Below are positions 39,486-50,270 of a DNA stretch of 64,000 bases, piece by piece. Below the pieces are notes generated by a model. It worked only from the letters and a program-made list of their open reading frames with translations, ran no database searches and was not told where the DNA came from. Numbering within the stretch: position 1 is the first letter of the stretch; every line of letters starts with the position of its first letter. The stretch comes from Minisyncoccota bacterium (GTDB lineage Bacteria; Patescibacteriota; Minisyncoccia; Phycocordibacterales; UBA2100), in contig OZ253947.1 in assembly GCA_965267345.1 (NCBI GenBank), positions 266,814 to 330,813 on the forward strand. The letters are read 5' to 3'. The position numbers and the translations under genes were made by a program.

Positions 39486-40304
39486 ATGGCAGCAGATACG
39501 ACTGACACACACGTGAACTCGGGTGACGCTACCGTCACGGCACATGCCGAAACTGCAAGCAGTGGCATCCATGTTACACTTGCACCGAAAGAGCTACTGA
39601 ATGTAGGTGGCCTTTCAATCACTAATACACTTTTCACTACATGGATTGTCATCGCACTACTTGTGTTGATGGCATTTTTTGTTGGACGCAACCTCCGTAT
39701 GGTTCCCGGCAAACTGCAGGTCGCGTTTGAGAGCTTTTTTGAATTCGTCCTCACGCAAATGACCGACATTCTGGAAAGCCGCACTATGGCGCGCCGCTTC
39801 TTTCCACTGATCGTCACGATTTTCCTCTTCATTCTTGCCGCGAATACACTCCATCTTGTACCGGGCGTTGGCTCCATTGGTTTTTTTCAGGAAACAGCAC
39901 ATGGCAACGTCTTTGCCCCGCTCTTGCGTAGCGTAAACACGGATTTAAATGCTACTATCGCGCTGACGATCATATCGTTCCTCACAATTGAGATCACCGG
40001 CGCACTTACCATCGGCTTCGTCCGCTACGCCGGCAAATTCCTCAACTTTAAGTCGGTACTTGGCTTTATTGTTGGGCTTATTGAGCTGATGAGTGAGGTG
40101 ATTCGCTTGGTTTCGTTTTCATTCCGTTTGTTTGGTAACATATTTGCGGGTAAAGTGCTCATAGGCGTGGTAATGTACTTCGTGCCCATTCTGTTACCCG
40201 TACCGGTTATGGGGTTTGAATTGTTTGTTGGCTTCGTGCAGGCGCTCATTTTTGCGCTCCTCACGCTGCTGTTTATTCGGTTGGCAGTAGTCGAACCACA
40301 CTAG
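39486..40304 (+). CDS. atpB: F0F1 ATP synthase subunit a
   Basis: SFSFRLFGNIFAG, FELFVGFVQALIF. Confidence 0.95.
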   Translation: MAADTTDTHVNSGDATVTAHAETASSGIHVTLAPKELLNVGGLSITNTLFTTWIVIALLVLMAFFVGRNLRMVPGKLQVAFESFFEFVLTQMTDILESRTMARRFFPLIVTIFLFILAANTLHLVPGVGSIGFFQETAHGNVFAPLLRSVNTDLNATIALTIISFLTIEITGALTIGFVRYAGKFLNFKSVLGFIVGLIELMSEVIRLVSFSFRLFGNIFAGKVLIGVVMYFVPILLPVPVMGFELFVGFVQALIFALLTLLFIRLAVVEPH

Positions 40305-40378
40305 TCGCTTATATGGCGCTTAGTGTGGCTCGATTATGTTTGAGAGTCGTGAGCATTAGTAATATAAGTAATTCATAA

Positions 40379-40609
<231 letters not shown>

Positions 40610-40627
40610 TCAACGCACACGCATCGT

Positions 40628-41077
40628 ATGGGTGAACTTTTTGCAACATTCGGAATCGACATTCAGTTGCTGATCGCGCAGATCATCAACTTCGGCATTT
40701 TGCTCGTGGCACTGTGGTACTTCCTGTACCGCCCCGTCATGAACATGCTCGAAGCGCGACAGGAAAAAATCAAATCGGGTGTCGCTGATGCCGAAAAAGC
40801 ACAAGAGCGCCTACACGAAATTGAAAGCGAACGCGACAGCATTATCACTGAGGCAACACACTCGGCTGAAGCACTTGTCGCCACGTCAAAAACGCGCGCA
40901 CAGGAGCAGGCGGGTGAGATTATCGGCGCCGCAAATACTCGCGCCGAACACATTGTCACGGACGCACAGCAGCGCGCCAATGATGCCAAAGAAACAGCGC
41001 TTCGTGAGAGCCGCGAAGAAATTGGCAAAGCTGCAATCCTCGCCGCAGAGAAAATTCTGCGCGATAAGCAATCATAG
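40628..41077 (+). CDS. atpF: F0F1 ATP synthase subunit b
   Basis: QIINFGILL...LYRPVMNMLEARQEKI, coiled coil. Confidence 0.94.
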   Translation: MGELFATFGIDIQLLIAQIINFGILLVALWYFLYRPVMNMLEARQEKIKSGVADAEKAQERLHEIESERDSIITEATHSAEALVATSKTRAQEQAGEIIGAANTRAEHIVTDAQQRANDAKETALRESREEIGKAAILAAEKILRDKQS

Positions 41078-41079
41078 GT

Positions 41080-41460
41080 ATGCCCGCTGAGTACGCACAG
41101 GCACTTATCATCGCACAGCGCAACGGCGTTGCTGCTGATGATGCGGTGCAGCGACTCATTGCACTGTTGCAGCGCCACGGAAAGCTCAAAGCGCTACCCG
41201 CCATTGTCCGCGAGCTGGAGCACCACGTAGCACAGCGCGCTGCCGATGCACCGACATTGACCGTTGCCACTGCAGCACACGCGAGTGATGCACGAACGCA
41301 ATTGGCACTACACTTTGGCGACGAGCGCGCATCGACCGTGGCCACCGCAACAGACGATACACTGATTGGCGGTTGGCGATACCGCGACAGCGACACGCTC
41401 ATCGACGCCAGTTACAAACACGCACTGATTACCCTTTACAAGCGCATAGTCACCACCTAA
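41080..41460 (+). CDS. atpH: F0F1 ATP synthase subunit delta (short)
   Basis: [13 protein letters not shown]...LIDASYK; operon position. Confidence 0.85.
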   Translation: MPAEYAQALIIAQRNGVAADDAVQRLIALLQRHGKLKALPAIVRELEHHVAQRAADAPTLTVATAAHASDARTQLALHFGDERASTVATATDDTLIGGWRYRDSDTLIDASYKHALITLYKRIVTT

Positions 41461-41474
41461 TTAGCACACGCAGT

Positions 41475-43055
41475 ATGGATACGCTTATTATCGACAAAAT
41501 AAAACGCGAAATAGAGAAGTTCGAACCGACGGTTGATGTTGAAAAAGTTGGCCGCGTCGTACGAGTTGGCGACGGAGTTGCCGAACTCGAAGGGCTTGAG
41601 CAAGCCATGATGGGCGAAATGGTCCTATTTGATGACGGTGCCGACAAAGATCTCGAGGCAGCAATGGCGCACACTGATGCGCTCTATGGCCTTGTCCTCA
41701 ACCTTGAGGAACACAGCGTTAAGGTGGTGGTACTTGGTGACGTTAGTCGTGTGCACGAAGGCATGCTGGTGAAAAGCACCGGCCGCATTCTCTCGATTCC
41801 TGTCGGTGACGCACTGCTAGGACGCGTCGTGAGCACACTTGCCGAACCACTGGACGGCAAGGGTACACTAAAGACTGAAAAGCGACTGCCGATTGAGCGC
41901 GAGGCCTACGGGGTGATTGATCGTAAATCGGTTGATACGCCGCTCCACACCGGTATTAAAGCCATTGACTCAATGGTGCCGATTGGTCGCGGTCAGCGTG
42001 AGCTCATTATTGGTGACCGCTTTACGGGTAAGACGACCATTGGTATCGACACGATTCTCAACCAAAAACACGAACCGGAACACTCACGCCCGATTTGTAT
42101 TTATGTCGCCATCGGCCAGAAGGAGTCGAAGACCGCGCGTATTGTGGCGCAACTCGAAGAAGCAGGAGCAATGGAATACACCATTGTGGTATCGGCACCG
42201 GCATCGGCACCGGCCGCACTGCAATTCCTTGCGCCATTTGCCGGCGCAACTATCGGCGAATACTTCATGGAGTCAGGACGCGATGCACTGGTGATTTACG
42301 ACGACCTGTCAAAGCAGGCTGTTGCGTATCGCCAAATGTCGCTGCTGCTGCGCCGCCCACCAGGACGTGAGGCGTATCCAGGTGACATTTTCTACCTCCA
42401 CTCACGACTACTCGAACGTGCCGCGAAACTCTCAGACGAGAAGGGCGGCGGCTCGCTCACAGCGCTCCCGATTATTGAAACGCAGGAAGGTGACGTGTCG
42501 GCGTATATTCCGACAAACGTCATTTCAATTACCGACGGACAAATTTTCCTCGACGCAGGGCTCTTCAACAAGGGAACCCGTCCGTCGATCGACGTCGGTA
42601 ACTCAGTATCGCGTGTCGGCTCCAGCGCACAGACCAAAGCGATGAAGAAGGTTGGGGGCTCGATCCGTATTGAGCTTGCCCAATTCCGTGAACTCGAAGC
42701 TTTTATGCAGTTTGCGCAGGATCTCGACGAGGCAACGAAGAAGCGTATCGAATCAGGACGCCGCATGACGGCACTGCTGAACCAGAAGAAGGGTGAACCG
42801 CTGCCGTTCCAGAATCAGGTGGTATCAATTTACGCCGGTATTAACGGACTCTTCACCGACGCACCTGTTGAGAACGTGAGTGAGGTTGAAGCCGCATGGC
42901 TCGACTACCTGCACACACACTACGGCACGACACTTGAGCAAATTCGCGACACGGGGAAACTGGAAGACGACACAACAACTGCACTTGATGAAGCAATGGC
43001 TGCATTTACCACCGCATACAAGGAAGAGTTCTTCACCACTGACACTGAATCATAA
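41475..43055 (+). CDS. atpA: F0F1 ATP synthase subunit alpha
   Basis: [39 protein letters not shown]. Confidence 0.97.
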   Translation: MDTLIIDKIKREIEKFEPTVDVEKVGRVVRVGDGVAELEGLEQAMMGEMVLFDDGADKDLEAAMAHTDALYGLVLNLEEHSVKVVVLGDVSRVHEGMLVKSTGRILSIPVGDALLGRVVSTLAEPLDGKGTLKTEKRLPIEREAYGVIDRKSVDTPLHTGIKAIDSMVPIGRGQRELIIGDRFTGKTTIGIDTILNQKHEPEHSRPICIYVAIGQKESKTARIVAQLEEAGAMEYTIVVSAPASAPAALQFLAPFAGATIGEYFMESGRDALVIYDDLSKQAVAYRQMSLLLRRPPGREAYPGDIFYLHSRLLERAAKLSDEKGGGSLTALPIIETQEGDVSAYIPTNVISITDGQIFLDAGLFNKGTRPSIDVGNSVSRVGSSAQTKAMKKVGGSIRIELAQFRELEAFMQFAQDLDEATKKRIESGRRMTALLNQKKGEPLPFQNQVVSIYAGINGLFTDAPVENVSEVEAAWLDYLHTHYGTTLEQIRDTGKLEDDTTTALDEAMAAFTTAYKEEFFTTDTES

Positions 43056-43061
43056 ACTCGT

Positions 43062-43979
43062 ATGGCTGGCCTTAAGCAACTCAAAACCAAACGTCAATCG
43101 ATTACCAAAACACGCAAGGTAACGCGTGCGATGGAAGCGGTGTCGGCGGTAAAGATGCGCAAGAGTCAAGAGCGGGCACTGGGCGGCCGACCGTATGCAC
43201 TCGGAGCGCTGCGCATCCTACATCGATTGGCAGGAAGCATTGACGGTCGCGACCACACACTGGCGACCCCACGCGAAACTGGGGTGCGCGGCGTGATACT
43301 CATCACTAGCGACAAGGGACTCGCCGGCTCGCTCAACAGCGCTGTCATTAAAAAGACAGACGCATTTGTGACTGAGGCACAGCGCAATAATGAAAAAGTG
43401 CTCTTCCTGTGCATTGGTCGTCGTGGGCATGATTATGCGCGCGCCCGCGGATTCGACGTACTCTGGTACGAAGAAAACAAGAGCGACGCCGTGCGTGAAT
43501 CGGACATGGACACGTTGACGCAGAAAGCACTCGAGCTGCACACCGACGGCACCACACGTGATTGGCATCTTTTTTACACCAATTTCCGCTCAACGTTTGA
43601 GCAACAGCCACAACGTCGTGTGCTGTTGCCGCTCACCCAAACCGCACTCGACGAGGTGATCACCGGTATTCTGCCTGAAGAAGGTAAGTACGCTGATGAG
43701 CAGGAAAGCACGCCACACGCGGATGCGTTTACTATCGAGCCGTCACCTGAGGCAGTGCTCGATGCCATCATTCCGTCGCTGATTAATGTTATGGTGTACC
43801 ACGCACTGCTTGAGGCAAAAGCTTCAGAGCACTCAGCGCGCATGGTTGCCATGAAGAACGCAACGGACAAGGCAGGCGAACTGTCACACGAATTGATGCT
43901 GAAAATAAACAAAGCACGCCAGGCGCTCATTACGCGCGAAGTGAGTGAAATTACCAGTGGTATAGAAGCAATGAAATAG
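43062..43979 (+). CDS. atpG: F0F1 ATP synthase subunit gamma
   Basis: KVTRAMEAVSAVK, SDKGLAG, ASEHSARMVAMKNATD, RQALITRE. Confidence 0.96.
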   Translation: MAGLKQLKTKRQSITKTRKVTRAMEAVSAVKMRKSQERALGGRPYALGALRILHRLAGSIDGRDHTLATPRETGVRGVILITSDKGLAGSLNSAVIKKTDAFVTEAQRNNEKVLFLCIGRRGHDYARARGFDVLWYEENKSDAVRESDMDTLTQKALELHTDGTTRDWHLFYTNFRSTFEQQPQRRVLLPLTQTALDEVITGILPEEGKYADEQESTPHADAFTIEPSPEAVLDAIIPSLINVMVYHALLEAKASEHSARMVAMKNATDKAGELSHELMLKINKARQALITREVSEITSGIEAMK

Positions 43980-43982
43980 CAT

Positions 43983-44339
43983 ATGAATGAACAACCAAAC
44001 TTTGAAAGAGGAAGCGACGCAAAAATTGAACACGATGCAAGCCTGATATGGGATTCCATGCTCACAGAATTTACAACGCTTGCGAATGGGCACGGACTTG
44101 GTGACGAAGTGCAAAAGATCTGCTTAGAGTCCGCACATACTTTCTTTACTAGACATATCGAAGCACAGAAAGAGAAGGCCGAGCACTTAAGTCCAGTGGA
44201 GTGGAAGACGCGTGCTGCACGAAGTATGTTTGAAGCAATGCACAAGCTCTACACCTCACCAGGAGCGACGCCGACGGACACAACAAAGCGTATGATGGCA
44301 TTGTGGAAAGCGACCTTCTTAGAAAACGAAACACGATAA
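43983..44339 (+). CDS. Hypothetical protein inserted between atpG and atpD
   Basis: 118-aa ORF tightly packed in the operon; no recognised motif. Confidence 0.65.
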   Translation: MNEQPNFERGSDAKIEHDASLIWDSMLTEFTTLANGHGLGDEVQKICLESAHTFFTRHIEAQKEKAEHLSPVEWKTRAARSMFEAMHKLYTSPGATPTDTTKRMMALWKATFLENETR

Positions 44340-44349
44340 CGATAATTAA

Positions 44350-45726
<1,377 letters not shown>

Positions 45727-45731
45727 TCACT

Positions 45732-45989
45732 ATGGCGGCAAACACGTTTACACTACAGGTGGTAACGGTCACAGATGCGCTGTTTGACGGTGACGCGCAG
45801 GCGTTGACCTGTCGCAATGAAAATGGTCAGATGACCGTCCTACCACATCACGAACCATTTATCACGCGCCTCGTCGCCGGAGAGCTCGTGGTGCGTGACG
45901 ATGCGGGACGTGCGCAGTCATTTACCATTCAGGGCGGCGTTCTTGAAGTCGCCGACAACAAAGCTGTGGTACTCTGCACCCATGAGTAA
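45732..45989 (+). CDS. atpC: F0F1 ATP synthase subunit epsilon (beta-sandwich only)
   Basis: GQMTVLPHHEPFIT, GGVLEV; 85 aa. Confidence 0.9.
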   Translation: MAANTFTLQVVTVTDALFDGDAQALTCRNENGQMTVLPHHEPFITRLVAGELVVRDDAGRAQSFTIQGGVLEVADNKAVVLCTHE

Positions 45990-46293
45990 ACGCTTTACGC
46001 GTGTCATTGAAGATTTTGAATGTGAACGTTGCGGCACCCCCGTAATGGGGAGCGGGTATACGAATCACTGCCCAACGTGTTTGTGGAGCAAACATGTTGA
46101 TGTGTATCCCGGTGATCGTGCTGCCTCGTGTGGCGGCATGATGGAACCGGTCGCGATTGAAGGGGCGAGTGGTGACTACCAGATTCTCCACCGCTGTGGG
46201 GTGTGCGGCCACGAAAAGCGCAACGGACTTTCACACTACGATTCGCACGAGCGCGCGATTGCTATTGTCGAATACAACGCACGCAATGCCTAA
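45982..46293 (+). CDS. RNHCP-domain zinc-ribbon protein
   Basis: FECERCG, TNHCPTCLWSKHVD..PGDRA..CGGMMEP, HRCGVCG. Confidence 0.88.
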   Translation: MSKRFTRVIEDFECERCGTPVMGSGYTNHCPTCLWSKHVDVYPGDRAASCGGMMEPVAIEGASGDYQILHRCGVCGHEKRNGLSHYDSHERAIAIVEYNARNA

Positions 46294-46295
46294 AG

Positions 46296-46337
46296 CAAAA
46301 GTCCACATTCTCACTTTTGGGAATGTGGACTTGTTTG
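46296..46337. terminator. Terminator closing the atp operon (convergent genes)
   Basis: AAGTCCACATTC...GAATGTGGACTT. Confidence 0.7.
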
Positions 46338-46352
46338 ACCTGCAGAGTTGGC

Positions 46353-46583
46353 TCAGCACTTCTTGCTCAGCAGCCGAGCCATTTCGCTATTCAGTGCTGG
46401 ATCGGCTTCCGTATCCTGGAGCATCGTGCCCATATCCTCTGCAATGTGCGCCGTGCTGGGTAAATGACGTGCTAGACTAAGCCACCGTGCGAGTTTGGGA
46501 TATTCCTGGCGCAGCTCCTTCTCTGATTTGTCCGCAGCGATGCGAAGTGCCTCACCAGCTTCAGATGCAGAAAATTTTTTCAT
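46353..46583 (-). CDS. Hypothetical small protein (76 aa)
   Basis: AAGGAGGT SD before ATG; MKKFSASEAGEALRIAADK... Confidence 0.55.
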   Translation of the reverse strand: MKKFSASEAGEALRIAADKSEKELRQEYPKLARWLSLARHLPSTAHIAEDMGTMLQDTEADPALNSEMARLLSKKC

Positions 46584-46735
46584 GCGGACCTCCTTTGCAT
46601 GATCCATCGTGACAATCTCAAAAATATGTATAACTGTCAAGAAAAAGCTTGATGCGACGCGGTGCCTGAATGACCCAAAATGCCATACTGCACCGTGGAT
46701 TTTGTTCAATCAAAAAGAGAAAGGAGGGAAGAGAA

Positions 46736-46936
46736 ATGTCAGAACGCAATACGCATCACGACACCTTTCTCCCCGACATCCCCGTTGACCCAGAGTATCC
46801 GTCCGATGGCATACGTCCTACCGATGCGCTTATGAGTATCGACGCATTGCTGCGAGACCTGAAGGACGAGCCGTATCAGCAGGCGGCGCTGGCACGTTCG
46901 TTGGAGCTTATTGCGAAAGATGCCGCAGGAACGTAG
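46736..46936 (+). CDS. Hypothetical small protein (66 aa; may extend to 47063 via a frameshift)
   Basis: AAGGAGG SD before ATG 46736; CATACT -10-like box upstream. Confidence 0.5.
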   Translation: MSERNTHHDTFLPDIPVDPEYPSDGIRPTDALMSIDALLRDLKDEPYQQAALARSLELIAKDAAGT

Positions 46937-47072
46937 TGCAGTCATGACTTCCTTGCGCATTCAGGCAAGCATGGAGCCGGCACGTCCGCCAATTCCAAAA
47001 GCGACGCGGCATGTCAGAGGGTCAAAGCTCGGTGGACGCCATACTGGATCACTACTGAGTTGACGAGAAATA

Positions 47073-47104
47073 AAACAGGCCCGCACACGTGTGCGAGCCT
47101 GTTT
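47073..47104. terminator. Terminator hairpin downstream of the RND gene
   Basis: AAACAGGC(C)CGCACA-CG-TGTGCG(A)GCCTGTTT. Confidence 0.7.
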
Positions 47105-47114
47105 GCTTATATGC

Positions 47115-50100
47115 TTAGTTGAGTGTTCCCGGCCAGCGGGCATAGATCGCCGGCACTAACAGCAAGGTAATTATGGTTGAGAAAGCGAGACCAAACATAA
47201 TCGCATACGCCAACGGTACCCAAATAGCAGCAGCGAAGAGCAGCGGCATGATACCGACAACCGTCGTAAGCGCAGTGAGTACGACAGGGCGCAGGCGCGA
47301 TGTACTGCCTTGGACGACGATATCGGCAATACTCTGATCAGCTGTAGCGTTTCGGCGAACGCTGTTTATTGTATCAATGAGAATAATTGAGTTATTAACC
47401 ACAATACCCGACAGAGCGATAAATCCCATCATAGACGGGAAGGAAAGTGGGCTTCCCGTAAGCATGAGTCCTGCAAACACACCGATCAGTGCTAACGGTA
47501 CAATCATCAGAACGTACGTTGCGTAGCGGAAGGAATTAAACTGAAGGACAAGAATACCAAACATTGAAATCAGACCGAGCCCGAGTGCGACAAACATGTC
47601 TTGGAATGACTGGTCAACATCCTCGCTCTCGCCACCGATTGAAATACTCACACCGTCAGGAAGCACCGCCGTATCGAGTTGCTCCTGTAGCTCACCGGCA
47701 ATGACCAGTGCATTACCCCCCTCGGCAACAGCAGCAGAGAGCGTTGCGATCCGCTCACCGCCTTTGTGGCGAATGGTGGCACGACTCTGCTCAACATGCG
47801 TGGTGACAAAGGTTCCGAGTGGCACACGGTTGCCGGCGGCGGTAGTGACTTCAATTTGCTTCAGTGCATCAATTGTCGTGGCATTGGTATCAAACGGACG
47901 ACTGTCAGGCACATCGCTCACCGCGAGCCGCGCCACAATTTGGATATCGTCGCCGAGCTTTTTAATTTCCGTTGTGTCTTCGCCAAAGAGCGTTGCGCGC
48001 AATGTTTGTGCAATCTGTGTCGTGCTCACGCCCTGCGCTACCATTTCGGGACGATTGATGGTAAAGACGAATTCGTTGGTGCTTCCTTTGGTTGATGACG
48101 TGACTTCAGTGGTGCCCTCAATGCCGATCAAAATATCCTCGACAACGAGTGCCGCACGATCGAGATCCTCAAGGCTTTCGCTGCTGAGTGTCACGCCAAT
48201 TGGCGCAGCTGACGGCGGGCCGTCGCTCAGTTGGTCAACACGCATTGTTGATGTTGTGATGCCCTGTAGTTGCTGACGAATGGCATTGACGACTTCCACA
48301 CTCGTGCGATCACGGTCGTCACGCAGCGTAATGAAGATGTTGCCGAAGCGTTCACCGCTTGCAGCGCCGGATGTCGGGTCAGCGTAGGCGCTGCCGCTGC
48401 CGACCGTCGTAACGAACGACGCCACTTCGGGGATGCCATAAAGTATCTCCTCTGCCTTACGCACCTCCAAATCAGTTGCCGACAATACCGTACCGACAGG
48501 GAGTTCGGTTTCAACAAAAATGTAGTCAGCGTCAGAATCTTCAAAAAAGACAACGCGCACGGCACCGACAACAGGGAGCGCCAACGAAAGCACGAACAGC
48601 ACGCTCAGTGTCACGAAGAGAATGTTCTGTAATTCGCGCGACTCAAGAAACAGACGTAGCTTCCCGCGATACCACTCCTCGACGCGATGGATGTAGGTAT
48701 CACGCATGCGGCTTACCACATTGTCACCATGTTCACCGCGTCGCAGCAAGCGCGTGGCAAACAGTGGGACAAATCCTAGCGCAACCAGCAGTGAGGCAGA
48801 CAATACGAAGATAATGGTGAAGGGGATGCTGGCAATAAACTCACCGGTAATGCCCGAGACGAGAAACAGTGGCGCAAACACAGCCACCGTCGTCATCGTA
48901 CCGGCAGTGAGTGGAATATGAAATTCACGCACGGCACCAAGAGCCGCACCCGCCTTCTTTTGTTCCCGCGCATGTTCATCCTCATCCGTAGTGCGCTGCA
49001 TGGTGCGCAGACGACGGTTAATAGCCTCAACAACCACGATCGTCGAGTCGACGATAATACCAATGGAGAGAATGAGCGCAAACAAACTGACGAAGTTAAT
49101 GGTGTTACCCGAATAGTAGAGACCAATAAATGCCACGAGAAATGACAGCGGGATTGATATCGCTGCAATCAGTGCTTCACGCCACCCGACCGCAAGTGCG
49201 AGCACTAGTGTGACCAATAGCACGGTCTGCACGCCACTGCCACTGAGCGTCTGCAATTCAGTTTTAAGTTCTTCACCGGCGTCAAATTCAACCAGTACCT
49301 GCATGCCGTCAAGAAGCTCACCCTGCTGTTGCAGTTCAGTCAGTCGCTCGCGCACATTCGTGCTCACATCGGTAATCTTTGCACCCGAAGCTTTGTAGAC
49401 TTCAAAAGAGATTGAATCGATAGATGGCTCGCCGTCAATGCTACTGCGGCTGAGTGTTGTCGACTCAGCACGTCCGTCGACGACACGTGCGACATCACGA
49501 ACGTATACAGGGCTTCCACCGACTGACAAAATAGCAATATCGCCAATAGTTGCCGTATCGGTAATGTCACCTGAGAGCCGAACAGGGAATTGCGCCTGAT
49601 CAACTTCAATTGAACCGAGTGGCGTTGCGACGTTTGCTGCAGCAATTGCACGGGTGACATCTGACACCGTCAGTCCACGTTGCACGAGCGCATCATGATC
49701 AATCACCACCGTGACCTCACGCGACTCGATACCGCCCGTAGTGACTGACGAGACACCACGCACCGACTCGAGCTCTTCTTCAAGCTCTTCGCCAATTTGA
49801 TACAACAGCTCCTGTGGAATCGTGGCGGCAAGCGTTGCGGTCACCACCGGCTGATCAGCGAAGTCAATTTGCAGCACGCGCGGGTCGGTTGCATCGTCCG
49901 GCAAATCGCCCTTGAGTGTCTCAACTTCGTTGCGCACCGAACGCACTGAGTCATCAATGTCGGCATTTGCATTAAATTCAATCGTGATCGTCGATACGCC
50001 TTCGCTTGATTGCGACGTAATTTCATTAACGTTCTCAAGGCGGCTCTGCAACGGCGACTCGAGTACGTTCGTGACAAGCGTCTCCACTTCCTCAGGTGAG

Positions 50101-50264
50101 GCACCAGGAAGCGCCGTCGATATCACGGCCAACGGCACATCTACCTCCGGCGATGATTCCTTGGGGATGTCGTACATGGCGAACACGCCCATCACGGTCA
50201 ATGCAATGATGAGAATGACGCCAAAGCGGCTCTTGTGCGTGAAAAAGCTCCAGACGTTGTACAT
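47115..50264 (-). CDS. RND-family (AcrB/AcrD/AcrF-like) transporter
   Basis: 1049 aa; LPGASPEEVE, SIGIIVDSTIVVVE (TM4), GIVVNNSII, RLRPVVLT. Confidence 0.95.
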   Translation of the reverse strand: MYNVWSFFTHKSRFGVILIIALTVMGVFAMYDIPKESSPEVDVPLAVISTALPGASPEEVETLVTNVLESPLQSRLENVNEITSQSSEGVSTITIEFNANADIDDSVRSVRNEVETLKGDLPDDATDPRVLQIDFADQPVVTATLAATIPQELLYQIGEELEEELESVRGVSSVTTGGIESREVTVVIDHDALVQRGLTVSDVTRAIAAANVATPLGSIEVDQAQFPVRLSGDITDTATIGDIAILSVGGSPVYVRDVARVVDGRAESTTLSRSSIDGEPSIDSISFEVYKASGAKITDVSTNVRERLTELQQQGELLDGMQVLVEFDAGEELKTELQTLSGSGVQTVLLVTLVLALAVGWREALIAAISIPLSFLVAFIGLYYSGNTINFVSLFALILSIGIIVDSTIVVVEAINRRLRTMQRTTDEDEHAREQKKAGAALGAVREFHIPLTAGTMTTVAVFAPLFLVSGITGEFIASIPFTIIFVLSASLLVALGFVPLFATRLLRRGEHGDNVVSRMRDTYIHRVEEWYRGKLRLFLESRELQNILFVTLSVLFVLSLALPVVGAVRVVFFEDSDADYIFVETELPVGTVLSATDLEVRKAEEILYGIPEVASFVTTVGSGSAYADPTSGAASGERFGNIFITLRDDRDRTSVEVVNAIRQQLQGITTSTMRVDQLSDGPPSAAPIGVTLSSESLEDLDRAALVVEDILIGIEGTTEVTSSTKGSTNEFVFTINRPEMVAQGVSTTQIAQTLRATLFGEDTTEIKKLGDDIQIVARLAVSDVPDSRPFDTNATTIDALKQIEVTTAAGNRVPLGTFVTTHVEQSRATIRHKGGERIATLSAAVAEGGNALVIAGELQEQLDTAVLPDGVSISIGGESEDVDQSFQDMFVALGLGLISMFGILVLQFNSFRYATYVLMIVPLALIGVFAGLMLTGSPLSFPSMMGFIALSGIVVNNSIILIDTINSVRRNATADQSIADIVVQGSTSRLRPVVLTALTTVVGIMPLLFAAAIWVPLAYAIMFGLAFSTIITLLLVPAIYARWPGTLN

Positions 50265-50270
50265 AGACGA

